Shown in pieces: positions 23,770 to 38,165 of a stretch of DNA of 64,000 nt. The notes under the pieces were generated by a model. It searched no databases. It saw only the letters and a program-made list of their open reading frames with translations, and was not told the origin of the DNA. How positions within the stretch are numbered: the stretch's first letter is position 1; the number at the start of each line of letters is the position of its first letter. Origin of the DNA: Lingula anatina. Its lineage: Eukaryota; Animalia; Brachiopoda. A program made the translations under genes and the position numbers. The stretch is taken from assembly GCA_051362555.1 (NCBI GenBank), contig CM120645.1, positions 5,766,001 through 5,830,000 on the forward strand, written 5' to 3'.

Positions 23770-25364
23770 TTTCAACTAAAAATATAAAAATTATATTATA
23801 TTATATTATATTATATTACAATAAAAGCCCATATAATTTTTTTAAAGTATTCAGTGCCCATGGTATGAATGTTTTTGAAGATAGTACAGTTCACAAATTC
23901 AGTCCACATTATGTTTGGGTGCGCCGTAGAGTTTAGATTTTCTTATTTAATTCTCTTAGTGTATGTAAATGATTGATTTTGTGATGTATAAGCATATTGT
24001 GGAGAAGTGATTTAAATAGCTCATCCGACCGAATTCCTAGATAAGGATTTTACATTCTCGTTTTTGAACTGTTATTTGTTATTTTTTGTAATATTCGGGT
24101 CCCATACTTGGTTCGTTGTTGTTTTATCCTTCTCTTGAAGAATCAAATGTATTTCCTTGTTTTTGTTTTAACAATGTTTCTGGAGATAAGCATTGTGAAA
24201 TCGCCCACATGCTTGAAGTCATTTATCATAATAACAAAAGCGCTGGTCCAAATTTGATAGAATATGCGTATAATTTTGTTAGGTTCTGCTTTATACATGT
24301 ACTACGTTCCCAAATTAAGTTTGAAGGAGGATTTGGAATTTATCTCTGAATGATACAAAGGAACATTTGAGGTGACGTGCACCGGGAGGTGTGTGTGGAA
24401 AGGGGAGGGGGGGGGGGGGGGCGCAAAGGTAGGGAGATGACCCCCTTTCCACGTTGAATACTTTCATATACTTTTCAAATTCAGGCCTTATGAAATGAAT
24501 TGTGGTGGACACTGAAATCATTCTACTGTAAGCTTCGATTTTATGTTCACAGATCGAGAAGAAGTGAGCAACAAGAGTCTTGGATTTCTAAACAGCTTTA
24601 TTGCCACTGCATATATTCTCCACATCCTCCCACCACGTCCTATTTATATCTCGCTCTTCCTTCATGTCCAATTGAAATATTACCTTATAATATTACTCTT
24701 TTTTGTCTTTCTAGTTTAGGCGCGCGTTATCCTAGGGAGCGTGGGACATGCTATAATGTTGCTTTCATTGTTACTTTTAATCTTTATTTTTTACACAAGT
24801 CGCGATGACGCAAATTTATGTACGGGGCATCTTTAAACTTCAAAACTTATTTGCCGTAAACTGCTCCTTTTTGAAAATGCTATTCGCTGTGGCTTTCTTC
24901 AAAGGTTTCTCGCCAGGCCGTCAGAATGGCCTAAACGGAGGATATTCTTCAGAAAACATGCCCAGGTAATGATATATTTATCAAAATACACAAATTTGGA
25001 GGTAATTTTGTAAATTTTGAGCTTCAAAAAAAAACTTCCCTTTCAGCTAGGTCTGGGAGTAAATGAGCTAAGTGGTCACGTGGTCCGGTGACGACAATCG
25101 TACCACCGGAGGTGAGCCAGTTCAGTAAGCTGTCAAACTGAGCTACCATTATCTACCTGCAAGATGGCTTTAAACTACTGATAAAATTATACCCATTCAC
25201 CTCTCTTCTAACCGGAGGGGTTTATATCCTTGCTAAGCCAGGTGCCTGTCTATTCAATGATCTAACTAGCATTTAATTACGGTTATCCCAACCAGTGTAA
25301 AATACTGCTTTCGAATGACTTGAGGGAATGTTGATCATACAGTATGTGGTCCATGTTATTTGTG

Positions 25365-26060
25365 AAATTCAATTCAATTTATCAATCCCTTGAGCCCTAC
25401 GGCTCATCAGAATGAAAATGCAGTAAAATATAGATAAAGTCATAACAACAACAACAATACAACTACTACTACAACTACTAATAGTAATAATAAAAACTCA
25501 TCAGACTGACGTTAGTTTAACTCCGATGCACATTTTAAGTTCTTACCTAAGCTGTTTAATTGTGAAAACAATTTAATTACCTTGAAAACACTTTGCTTTG
25601 TATAATACAATTTTTGATGTATTTCTGCCCAATCGTTCGGTAGCAAGGACATTTAAGAATAAAATGAAATTCTTCCTCGATGTCATTTAAAATGCAAACT
25701 TTACAGGTTCTTAATTTTTCAATTTTTGTATGTGTCTGTTTAGCTTCCAGTTTTTACAGCTAGATTATGTGATGAAAGACTAAATTTGGCAATTAATACC
25801 TTATATTTATGTGAAATTGGCTTATTTAAACAGAATTGCACTGTAAAATTATCAACAAGATATTGGTACAACAGTCCTTTACTCCTTTTGGATATTTCCC
25901 CGGTCAATGTTTGTCTAAAATAATCTTTCACTCTTTGCTCTTTCAAGAACAGTTTAAAATTATCTGACATATTTCCGTGAAAAATAAATGACAAGCCAAC
26001 TGTCTCCAGTTCATTCCGTACTAACATTACCCGATCAATATTTTAAGCAGATCTGTATAG
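25365..26060 (-). mobile_element. 3' end of a non-LTR retrotransposon (RTE-X/CR1-like ORF2 C-terminus with zinc-knuckle motif)
   Basis: Degenerate frame LSSHNLAVKTG...RTCKVCILNDIEEEFHFILKCPCY. 3' UTR with a GAGCC-GTAG-GGCTC stem-loop and an (ATTGA)n tail. Confidence 0.75.
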
Positions 26061-26816
26061 CACGCTGTTATATAATACAATTTTTCGTGGAGTGTAAAAA
26101 TCTATTTCTCTAATTTTGAAGATTCAGCACTCAATATATATACACTAGAGATGTGTTTTAATCGATTCCCACCATTTAAAAAGTATAAAAACAATCTATG
26201 AGTAGAAAGAAAACGTTTGTGTTAAACGTGGTTGGGCAATTTTCGTTACGCCTCAGTGTGTTTCCGTGAGATTCACCAAAAAAACATTCCTATTTTATGA
26301 GTGTTTATTTTGAGAGACGCCTTGATTTAAGGTAGGCAAAAAATTTCCCTAATAATGTTATACTGCTTATACTCATTATTATATATTCATTACAGGAGTT
26401 TGTCCCGGGTGCTGTTTTAGTCTATATTTTTGAACAAATTTCATTAGTTTTATGATAGACAAGCAAAGTATTGTAGTCAAGCAGTACCTACCTTTTGTCG
26501 ACTGTAGAGTTCTGTGTCTATCTGCATAATCTACGTCTGGCCATCCATTGTATTATATGAAGTTATCTTGCTAAAGGCGAACAGCATTTTAATGGTGAAA
26601 AACCAGCTTAAGGGCAGAAAAAATTATCACTGATGTCGGCCCTTTAAATCATATTTGCATACAACAGCCAGTAAATTTAAATGCTAAAGTCACAAATTTA
26701 TCAATGGTGGTTTTCCCTTCTGCGTCTATATCTGGCCATATACTATTTTATATCACGTTATCTTGCTAAAGACGAACATAATGCTTAACGCAGATCGAAC
26801 CATACTCACGAGCTGT

Positions 26817-27140
26817 ATCATCATCAACATTGGGTGCTATCCACTCTCAACAGGTTGGCTGTCACGGATGGCCATGCCTCTCGATCTTGTGCAATCCCTA
26901 TGCTTTCGCTATATATTTTTGATTGGAACGTATTTTTTATGTAGTCCGTCCATGTTGCTCTGGGTCTTCCTTTCTCACGTTTCACATACAACTTTCCTTC
27001 CTATAACAACCGCTGAAAAGCATCTTTTCTTATGCCATGAGTACAGAAATAAAATGTCTGTTCTTCATAGTGTTCAATAACGAACTTCTTATTTTTAGAT
27101 TATTTAGTCCATAAAAGTTTCAGCATCCTTCTATAACGTT
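26817..27140 (-). mobile_element. 3' end of an RTE-clade LINE
   Basis: Degenerate YRRMLKLLWT...QRLL*EGK...REKGRPRATWTDYIK...AQDREAWPSVTANLL, followed by a (TGA)n tail. Confidence 0.75.
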
Positions 27141-27609
27141 TCACAGGCGAAAACAGGCGGAAGGCGGTAGGAGGCAGATTGCACGATACGCCCAAGGTAC
27201 GGAATGATCTCCAAAACAAGGCAAAGGAAGCTCATACTGAATTTGAAAAGTAAATTGATGCACGTGAATTTACCAAGATCAACTGGGTCTGTAAAACGAA
27301 GGTAAAAATTGTAAACTTATATGAAATTTTGATGACATAAAGTCTCCGATAACGGAGCAGAGTAAGCGCAAATACTCAGGAGTGACAACTGATCGGGTGC
27401 ACTACATAATAGCCTAGCATTACCTCTACACGTAATTGCCCTATACCATTCGCAGTCACAGTCAAGTGGATTTGTAGTCATGGGCTAAAAGGGAAAGAAA
27501 AGAAAGATAACTAGACTGCAACTGGCTGAAGCCAGTGGCGGAGGATTCCCCTGAAAAATAAGTGTGGAAATGCTTTCGTCAATCAGTAAAAGATATTGTG
27601 TAATGGTTT

Positions 27610-28370
27610 ATTGACCTAATGACCCCTTGACTTAATTTTGAGTTATGTTAACAAACTATTCTACGGCAATACAGGTATATCTGTATAATATTAGGTACAT
27701 GTATCTGGAAGTAAGACATAGGCAAAAATGACAAATGTAGAGAAATTGGCCTTTGAACTTGAAGGCAATGGGCACTTACAAGGTCATGTGAAGGTCACAG
27801 GTTAAATTTGACACCATATTCTGAAATAGCATGTGCGAATTTGGGGGGGGGGGGGGGTAGTCAACAAAACATCACTTTAAGCCCACTTCAATATTTCTCC
27901 ATGAGATAGCCAAATGACCTTGAATGTGAGGGTCAAGGTCAAATTTGACATTTGATTTGGTGGTTTTGGGTAGTTAACTATAGCATGCTATGACCTAACA
28001 TCAGTATTTCATGGAGAAATTGCCAAAGTCACGATTTCTGAAATGTCATAAATATTAAAAAATCTATATTTAAAAAAGGGATTAGGCAGTCGCTATGAAA
28101 GTTTGGCTAACCTTAGATAAATATATAGGGCATCATTTGCTACTAAGATCAGGGCTCTGGGCCTTATGGTTTTTGAGATCTCGGAAACAAACCCGTTTTG
28201 AGCCGGTTTGGCCATTGGCGACGTTGACCTTCTTGCACAAAAGTAGGTCAATATCTGGGGATTTAGCTCAGTATCATTGGCCATAAGGCCCTTAGCCATA
28301 TAGCTTATACTTTAGGCCTAACGGCAATTTCAAATTTTACAAATTTTGCCTTTAAAAGCCCCTGTGACCA
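27610..28370. repeat. Degenerate TGACC/GGTCA-rich repeat, possibly Helitron/Helentron-derived
   Basis: Repeated TGACCTT/AAGGTCA motifs typical of abundant invertebrate non-autonomous repeats. No termini resolved. Confidence 0.3.
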
Positions 28371-28458
28371 GGGAGTGGATTCCATTGTGCACCTATATGT
28401 CAATTTCATGAGACTTAAAGATATATTTATATTAAAAAAAGAACTCAGGAATAAAGGG

Positions 28459-28464
28459 TTTATT
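28459..28464 (-). terminator. Candidate polyadenylation signal of CPED1 (3' UTR ~1.3 kb)
   Basis: Minus-strand AATAAA at the edge of the CpG-depleted domain, followed by a T-rich tract. Inferred from position only. Confidence 0.3.
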
Positions 28465-29745
28465 CAGCTGTAAAGTAACAGAATGTGCTCACACCAATAA
28501 GTATTGATCAATTCCTGTCCCTAGAAATTTACAAGTTTAAATATGTATAAAATAGGGCAACAATAAAGTGCAAACATAGAGACTGATAACAATATAATGT
28601 ACACTGGATTCTGTACAAAAATATATCTTTTATCATCACAGATTTGAACAGATTTCTTTTTTTTTTTAATCTTTCACCACTTCTAAATTTGACACCTCAT
28701 TGCAAACTAAGTCCTTAAAAACAGATATTGCAATATTTACACACTCTTATCTCTTCTTGTAAAATCTTAAAAGCATTAATTTCTGTTCTACATAAATTTT
28801 CGCTTGCACAGATCAGATTAAAACTGACCTTATAATTACTGGTAATTGTAAGCACTGGTCACCCAAACCAGTTATAGCACCTGTTAATAAAACTAGAACA
28901 AACTGTTTAGCACCAGTGAAACATACACATGAATCACTAAAGAAAGGAAAACATTTATCTGCAATTGTGGCAATTAAGCTGCCCATGCAAACAGTTACAA
29001 TTATTACTGAAACATTTTTCAACAGTAATACTGCACATCTGTAATAAGAAATTGTTTTTTGGGGAAAATCCATCTACATATTATGTGATAAATGACCATT
29101 GTCCCTAAGAAACAGAGCTAATAAACTTACCGGTACATGCAATCACAGAATAATGATGCCTGAAAATGAAGGCGTGCAATATTTCAAAATATGCATATTG
29201 ATAACAAAATGCGTACAAATTGCAGCCACGATATTGTCACTTATGGAATCATCTCTGCTGTCTTTTGACCCAAAATCTAATTGCATGAATAGCACCACAT
29301 GGCCCAACCCTAACAAATAACCTAGAAATGAAAGTTTTTGTAAATGTGCTGAGGATGTGACTATCACAAAATTACTCCGATACCCAATTTGAAATTTGGT
29401 ATTTTTAAGACTGAAAACTTAGTCTACTTTTGTCTCAGTTAAGACAGCTTCTCTAAAACAGACTATTCCACCTCTTTTATGAAAGGTAAGAAATGGCTGA
29501 CATCATAGATAAACTATTTTTTACCATATATGTAAAATGGCTCATTTTCTAAGATAACTGGAAACACTGATGAAAGATCACAGCTGTTATTGGATTGTAT
29601 ATTAGATATATCCTACAACAAGTCAACCGCCATTACTGTGCGCTTTCTGCTCTGTCTGGAATATTCTATCATCCATCATATCCTTCAAACAAATTTCCTT
29701 CTAGTAATTGCTGTGAACCTGCCCTCAGTGCAGGACAGTCCTATG

Positions 29746-29883
29746 CTACCTCCTCTTGTCACACATTCTGTTGATTAGTATTTCTGAATATGCAGTATTT
29801 ATTTCACCCTCCACGTGGTATCGAATGGGGGATGATATACCCTGGCCTGTTTGCCGTTTTCTTCTGTCCCTGATTTCTGTTAC
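29746..29883 (-). CDS. CPED1: CPED1 last coding exon
   Basis: VTEIRD...YHVEGEINTAYSEILINRMCDKRR*; TTTCCAG acceptor. Confidence 0.88.
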   Translation of the reverse strand, partial: VTEIRDRRKRQTGQGISSPIRYHVEGEINTAYSEILINRMCDKRR

Positions 29884-30030
29884 CTGGAAAAATAGTAAAT
29901 TGTGAAAAAGATTAGCAGTGGCGGATTTAGGGGGGTGTCAGGGGGGTCCTGACACCCCCCCCCCACCTTCGATTTCTGCTACCTGAAAACATAGTAAATG
30001 GTGAGAAAGATTAGTATCATTTTGGTAATG

Positions 30031-30072
<42 letters not shown>

Positions 30073-33000
30073 GGAGGTAGTTTAAAAATATTTCCACATA
30101 ACATAATAATTAAATATTTAGCCACAAAACATTGCAGAAACCAAAGTAACTGCCAGGCATATTCTACTAAATACAAACTGATCTTTATTAAATCATTCAA
30201 ATTGAACTATATCCTGTATAACATCATAAATATTCAATGCTTACCCTATGAAAGTGACAGGCACACCTCCCCTGGAGAAATTCTTTGAATCTTGAAACTG
30301 TCATAGCAAAAGTATCCACCACATCATAACCAAGAGACTTGGCTGACTCCATTAGTTCTTCGTTGTGTTTTACCTGCTTCCTCTGCTCTTCCTGGAGTGA
30401 TGAGAGTGATGAATTGTTTTTTATTTATAAAAAAAAAAAAAAAAAAAAAAAACTGCAAGAAGTATGCTAAAATGCTTCGCATCATGTTATAGGATAGGAA
30501 AACAAAATGTGAAGTTATTTTTTCAACAACAGAAAAAAATTAAATTATAGTCAAAATTGTACTGATTGCTCTACTTAAAGTGATAACAAGGTTTATGTTG
30601 TTATTTTGTGGAGAAAAAGACATGCATGAAAAAAATCTCACATACTTAATTAGTGAAATACCGAAAGCCTATCACATGGCATATCTAGTATGTGCAGAAA
30701 CAGAAGTAATAGTTACATGTATCACATACCAGTGACAGACACATCAGTCCCTCTACCTTGAGGTGGAAACCAGAACCAAGGCCCTTGATAATGACCTGGA
30801 TACCAGTCCATCCCTCCCTGAAGTTACAAACAATCAATATATTACATGCTTTAAACAGTCTAAGGGGCACAATGCACTTTAGACATTTATATAGGAGATA
30901 AAAAATTCTGCAATTTTCTGCAATTAACCTTCATCAGCAAGACACTTATATCCAAAACCATTGCTAAAATTTGTTTGGTATGGAATTTTTACCTTCATGA
31001 GTGAAATTCACTTTTCTTTTCTTATTATTATGAGAGAGAATCAAAAACAAGTAACTAAAAATATTTATGGAATGTTTTTTTTTTGTCAGTGGATTCAGAT
31101 ATGTTACACCAGTTACTAAGTGACTGGGGGGAAAATTTGTTGAAATTTCTTGAAAAAAATTAAATTCTTTTGGTATATAAATACCCAATATCTTCAATCT
31201 GAAAATGAACTTACCTGTCCAAAAAGTTTTTTAAAACACTGAGGTGGTGAGCTCCCAACCACTGCACTCCGCCTACTACCAGCACTGTAGAGCTGCTGTT
31301 ATCAATGGCTTCTGATCTGGAACACAAGACATCTTATTAAAATCAGTATAAATTCCATTTGTGTTGAGACAATTGTCACATTTAGAAACCTCTGTTTCTT
31401 GGAAAAATCAAAACAAGATAATAATCTTGTAGGAGTCAAAGAGTAAAATTCAAAATATATCCTCTTGTGCCATTGCACTGATATCTCAACACAATATTTA
31501 ATAATTTTTAATGTTCTGTATTTTAATGATAAAAAAGTTAACAATATCTCAAGAGACAAAACATATTTTATAGCTTATGAGGATTAGGATTTCCATATTT
31601 TAAAAACTCATTACACCACTTCTGATTATTGCTTCTTGTTTACAATTAACGGATTGCCACACCCTACCTTTTAAACAATTGATACAGTGCCTTCTCAAAG
31701 ACTGGCCTCCTTGCAGTGGGGAGCCAGAACTGAGGGTAGTAAGCAAAACTGACCATGGTACTGTTGTTGTTAATGTTGCTGTAAACTTTAATATTGTGTG
31801 TCTTGTCCCACTCTGACAGTGACCCATTAATCTGTTCCATGATGTAGTGCATCATGCCTCTGTTGGTGGAGTCTCCTATAAACATGAGCTGAAAGTGAAA
31901 GTGAAACTGGTGCAGTAGTCAACTATGAATGTGAATGAAAATGAAAGTGAAACTTGTGCTGTAGTCCACTATGAATGTGAGCTAAAAATGAAAGTGAAGC
32001 TGGTGAAGATGTGTGAATAAAGAAACTGGAGCTGTATTGCCGATGAACATTCATGAGTGGAAAATGAGAGTGAAGTTGGAAGATGAAAGCGGTACTGGTG
32101 GTGTCGTCTTCTATGCACGTGAGCGAAAAATGAAACTGGGTTTGTAGTCCTCTATGACTGTGAGCAGAACATGAAAGTGAAACTGGGCTGTAGTTCCCCC
32201 ATGACAGTAGAAACTGACTATAACATACCTTCTTTTTACTTAAACACTGCTTAACCTCCCCACGTGGTATGATATGGTGTCTGCAGGTGTCAGGTTGCCA
32301 CACTGCTTGGCTCCAATCACAGCTGTTCTCATCATTACACTGACCACATGGTATATACCACACACCTGGGAAACACAACATGACATTTTCAAGTATTATT
32401 ATTATTATTATTATTACATTGTCATATTACTAAAACCGATCTGTACACCTGTTTGTAAGTTCTTTACTGTCACAATAGAAATTTACCAATTTCTAATTTC
32501 ATTACGAGAAATTGACTCAAGAACTAGAAACTTGGAACACAAAAAGGGTTATATGGGTCACAATTCTGGGATCTCTTTTGAATATGGCTTATCTTTGGGA
32601 TTAAGGAAAGTGTTATAATTTCAATAAAAAAATTAATTTATAATTAGTTGATATGAAGGTCTAATACCCAATGTGTTTATTTATGTTACCTGGAATGTGT
32701 CAGTAAGTTACCTGTGTTGTCTCCAGTATGACAGTGTGGTAGTTGTGCCCTGTGTTGTTGGAATGTGTCCCAGCTGGTGTAGGCGGATGTCTGTACACCA
32801 CATGGCTGGTCTGGGGCCAGGCGCAGGTCACAGTCCTGGAACAGACACAGGTTCAAAGTAATATGGTTCATAACTGTGAGGAAAGACGTATACAGGCATG
32901 CACACAAACAAAAACATGGACAAGGAGTGAGAGATGATAAAAACCACACAGGATAGATAATACCCTAAATAATGAAAGGATGGTGATGTAGTGCATGAGA

Positions 33001-34886
33001 AAATTATAAATTTTTACTACTATATGTAACTAAGACTAAATTTTGCAAATACAAGAAAACAGAAACTACATAAAATATATACTGGCTAATAAAAACCAAA
33101 TTAAAGAAAACAAATAAATAGCAGCAATATTCCAATAAAGAGAAAAGAACCCCTTGGATATGCTGAATCCACTGGAGCCTTAAACATCCCATAATATACC
33201 TGCTGTAGCTGGCAGGCAGCCTGCTGGTCACCCATCTTGGACTCCTGAACTCTCTCACTCCTGCTCTCCCTGTAGATGGTCAGTGTGTAGGAGTTGATGA
33301 CCCAGGGTTCTGAGTGACCTATGTCCACCACATGGAATGTTACTCTATTGGAGCCAATGCCCAGGGTATAGTTCATGGGTCTGACAAAAATATATGCCAA
33401 AAATGATTATTTATTTTAAGTATAAAGTATTCAAAGTTTTTGTATTTTATCTGTATATTAAATTCCATTTTAAAGTAAAAAGTCTAATAGGTACAACTGC
33501 TGATGGCATGTAGTTGACATATTCCTTTTTTTAAAGCATACATTTAGCCTCTCTGCTCACATGGACATTTTTAATACATTATTCAATATTTCAATATATC
33601 TTAACTTTTCTCTTTTGTTTTTCGTGCCAGGAAAAGCTAAGCTATCAACCCTCACTTCCTACCTGGATGGCCCATATGTATCTTGGAGGCGTACTTCACA
33701 GTCACAGCTCCTGGCTGTGGCCCAGACCTTCACCAGGAGGACATTGTATGGTACTGTGGCCTGGTACTCTGTAGAGGTGGCACAGAAGCTGGGCTGGAGC
33801 TTTATTGGAGGGTCTGTGTGAATGGCACTCAGATATGGCTTAAGTTCTTCATCTGGGAAGAAATATTGTGTGAAAAAATTTTATTGCATCTGTACTTTCT
33901 TTGTATATTGTAAATGTATGCCCTGGTTTAAGAATACTCAGTTGATTTTTGAATTTGAATTAACTCTGTTGTTTTGGACATATTATTGGTTTTCTGGGAC
34001 TGCCAAACACACTTTTACAAAAATACAATACAAAAGGACTAACCTTCACTACACTCCTCTTCTGTAGTTATACCTGTAACATTAACAATAAATAAATAAA
34101 ATATGAATGGGTTAATACACATAAACTGATAGACCTTGGTTAAACAATGTGCTTATCATTCAAAACATACGATAAGTGCACTAACTTCAACTAGAAAGAG
34201 TCCTGCTTAGTTTATCACCATGCATACAATGCGACTGCTTAACATTGGATCAATGGTTTCAGTGTTTGGGATTGGATAATTGATAAGCGACATCACTCTT
34301 AAACTGGCCTCTTCTTCAGTATGTTTTAAATGGGACCTTTAGTCACCCTGAGTGTCAGATATCAGAGGATGTTGAAAACTTCCTGCTGATATAGCGGTGA
34401 TCATCCAGTGTCCTCTAAAACTTAAGGTGCTTGAAGTAAACTGTTGTTTATTCAGACACATTGTAATATGGGTAAAGGAAATGTATTGGATTTAAGATTC
34501 TGATTTGACTCACACAGCCAGATACTAGTAACTGCATGTATACCACTATAAACTGTGGTGCAGCACAATTCTTTGCTGTGAATTAAAATACAATTTGGCC
34601 AAAACTGATATCTTTGCCATATCTCATTACCCACCTAATTTGCCATTAGGTTTGACATAGACATTCTTAATTAACTGAATATCTTCTGTGGCAGTAAGCT
34701 TGATTTCATCTTTACTGAAATAATAATGTAACATACAGTAATATAAATTTTGTAAACTGACTTCCTATATATCAGCTCATACACTAATGTTATTATAAGC
34801 ATAGAGGTAAGGTAAGGCCCTGTGTGTGTGCTTGTGCAAGTGTGTGTGTTTGTGCATGTGTGTGTGTTTCTGTGTAAGTGTGTGTA

Positions 34887-34934
<48 letters not shown>

Positions 34935-36017
34935 AGAGAGAAAATGCATATGTGCATAAAAAGTTGATCATGTCTGTTAAAACATGTAAACCTCACACTG
35001 GGACATTCAGATCATCATAGCTGTCTTCTAGACTCTCAGGATTGTGGTAGAAATGCTCCATCCTCATGATCACATCATGGAGCTCAGCAGTGGGGTGGCG
35101 GTGGACTCTTTCTAGGGCATTCTCGGATAGTCCAGGGTATGCTGTCCTCAGTCTGGAACCAAATGAATTCTTCTGGATGCTGTGGAGTAGGGGCATGTAA
35201 ACATCTGCTGAAGGTGATGGGTACAGCTGGAATTTACCAATTATGATAGTGTATCTAACTATAATAGACACTCTCACACCCATGCATACACACATACACA
35301 CACACACAAATTAGGTTATGCTGAGAGTAAAGCATGTAAGTAAAACAATGCCACCTTATTATCACTATAAAATAGTATAATACACTCACCAAGAGAGTTT
35401 AAGTTATCTTGTACATCTCAGTTAAGTTTTTTCTCCCTTTTGGAAAAGAATGGGAGCTATATCTCTCTCCCTTTTTAAAATTTTTTCTGGGGAGCAAGAT
35501 AAAAAAGGGCTACTACACTTGCCAACGCTTGTTTGTTTTTTACCTGGTGGTAGTTTCCCTTGTTCATGTACTCTCTCCTGGTATCCATCATATATATCAG
35601 GTCCTGCTCAGTGAGACAGAACTTGTGCCACGACTGACAACTTACATCCTGAAAGACAACATTAAATTATAAGTGCCATAATTTTATTCTCTACAGGCAT
35701 AGATGTGTACGTTTTGTATATTTCCATAAAAATACAAGCTAAAAATAATTTTATGCTAAAAATTACTAATTTGCAATCCACTATCTCCATCTCAGTTACC
35801 TTTTTTGCAGAGAATACAACAGAGGTTTTACATACCACAATTCCAATGTTACTGTCCAGTTCCTTCACTGCTCTGACCACATCATCCACTACACTGGTCC
35901 TAGAGAACAACATGGATAGCAATTCATCAGCTGCCCCTCGCTTGACCACATTGCTTGCCCAGTTGTTTCCACCTTCATGTCCCTCCTGCATGTCTGGTTG
36001 ACCATTTACCTGTGTGG

Positions 36018-36082
<65 letters not shown>

Positions 36083-38112
36083 GTGCATTCACAACGAAAC
36101 TCTGGTACTAGGTAGTTTGAACTTCATGGGGACTCTTGCTGAGTGCAATCAGATTATCACACCTCTTTTTGTTTGCAATGTACTCATGTAATCCCCAGCT
36201 TTTTTAAAAATTCTATTTAATACCAAGAGGAGGTGTGCTAATCTTTAATCTGATTGCATCCACCAGAAGTCCAAGATGAGTTAGTTGAACGATAGTATCA
36301 TTGTAAACTCACCCCTAAAGATTAAAACCTGTTAAATGTGCCTACTTGGTTACAGTAAATAAATGATAAGGCATGCTGTGACAAATGATTCTTATCTAGA
36401 AGTTATGCAGGTGTGCAGTATTTTTCCATTTTGATGCATTTATATCATTAAGCTTATGTTTTCTTTACCCAGGTTTTACCTTGATCTAGGTCAAAATAAA
36501 ATGTACACTTCCCAAATTACAAATATGAAGTCATGTTAACCAAAGGACCATGCTAAAACCATGGATATTCAATTGATCCCTAGAAGCCTTAACATGGTAC
36601 AAGCCTTGCAACTTTACCTCTACTACAGCAGGGTAGAATGTGGAGTTGAATATCACATCAAATGCTAATAGCTGATAGCAGTTCTGGCACCTGGAAGATA
36701 AGTGAATTACGCAATCCTGACGCCTGCCACTCAAAAAATCTCAACAACACCGCTTTTACATTTTATAATATTTATAGTAAGAGCTATTTAAAGACATTTT
36801 GTATGTAACAGGATATGTTAAAGGTATGTAAGGGGTGTAGTGTGTAAGTTTGATTTATTTTCCCAATCATCTTGATATTTTGTTTTAATTTGCAGTCTTC
36901 CATCCCAGCTGGGAGGAATAGTATCATTGGGTGAATGGCATTAATGGAAATCACCCTAAATACCACACATCTGGTGAAGAACCATTCCTTTCTTTTTCTT
37001 TTCAAAATAATTTCTTAAAATTTTGCACTTTTATTTAACATAACACATAGGTCTAAATTTGGAAACAAAATTGAGTGATACTGATTGTGTATAAGAAAAA
37101 GGGGATGGACATAGCTTTAAAAAGACCAATTAATACGAAGAACAATGGATATTACTCATCCGCTGACCCCACCTGTATGGACGCGAGTGGGAATCCTGGG
37201 AGAATCCAGAGAAGTGTGCCACCAGCGTGGACTCTGCCAGTAACAACGTCTGCAGCACAACACTCTCCATGTTGTGGAATGCAACTGTTGCAGCCTCTTT
37301 CCCAAAGTTGTGGGTTAAATAATGACGGAGTTGGCTAAGAAACCAAGATCGATTTGGCACCTAGATCATACATAAAAATTACATTAACTGAAATATCTGA
37401 AAATAATATCTGATAGGTATTAAAAATTCTGCCAAAATTAATTAAAAGATTGATGAGTTTAAAAGAGGGATTTGGTATGGTTAATAAAATTGTCACTAGG
37501 GGAGCTACTGGCAGATAATATACTCTGGCTTAAAAATCAGTACACACTTTTTTGATTTTAGTAATATACTGAACTTATTACAAATATGAAATATATGAGT
37601 CAAATATTTAATCATTAAAAATATCATGAATACAAAATAACATTTTGTCATGATTTTAGCTTCTTACTTTTTTGAAGTTATTTTTAGCATCCTGCCTGTA
37701 CTGTACAAGACCCTCAGAATACACATATGCCCTGAGTGGTGCAACAGACGTAACAGCCACATAAACCCGCACATTGAACGGGGAGCCAAACAACAGGAGA
37801 GGGTTCTCAAAGAGACGCTGTAGTACACCCTCTGTGGTCTTAAACCTGAAATTAAGAAAAAAAAAAAAAAAAATAAGATATACTGGATGTGCAGTAGTCA
37901 CCATAAAACCACCACCTTTTGTAGAAATAGGATGAACAATATTCTTATTTTTATATTCAGAAGTTATTCTATTCCATAGCTATTACAATGTCTAACTTGC
38001 AAATGAATATTATTAGTATGCTCTTTTTGTAGTGTAAGATATTATAAACAAATCATATAATAAAACTAGTTGCCTGTGTTCCTAGCAATTCTTCCATGTA
38101 TTCAGTCCTCCA

Positions 38113-38165
<53 letters not shown>

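Noticed and set aside
25040-25160. Possible tRNA or tRNA-derived SINE (minus-strand TAGCTCAGTTTG)
   Set aside because: A-box-like only; no convincing B box or cloverleaf.
25385-25415. CTGATGAG plus a hairpin resembling a hammerhead
   Set aside because: No GAAA box after the stem; better explained as the LINE 3' terminal stem-loop.
27140-27310. Possible plus-strand first exon (GCGGAAG motif, AG/GTAAAA donor)
   Set aside because: Adjacent to an RTE fragment, and no downstream exon can be linked to it.
34671-35020. His/Thr- and Cys/Val-rich ORFs
   Set aside because: Translations of (CA)n/(GA)n microsatellites.
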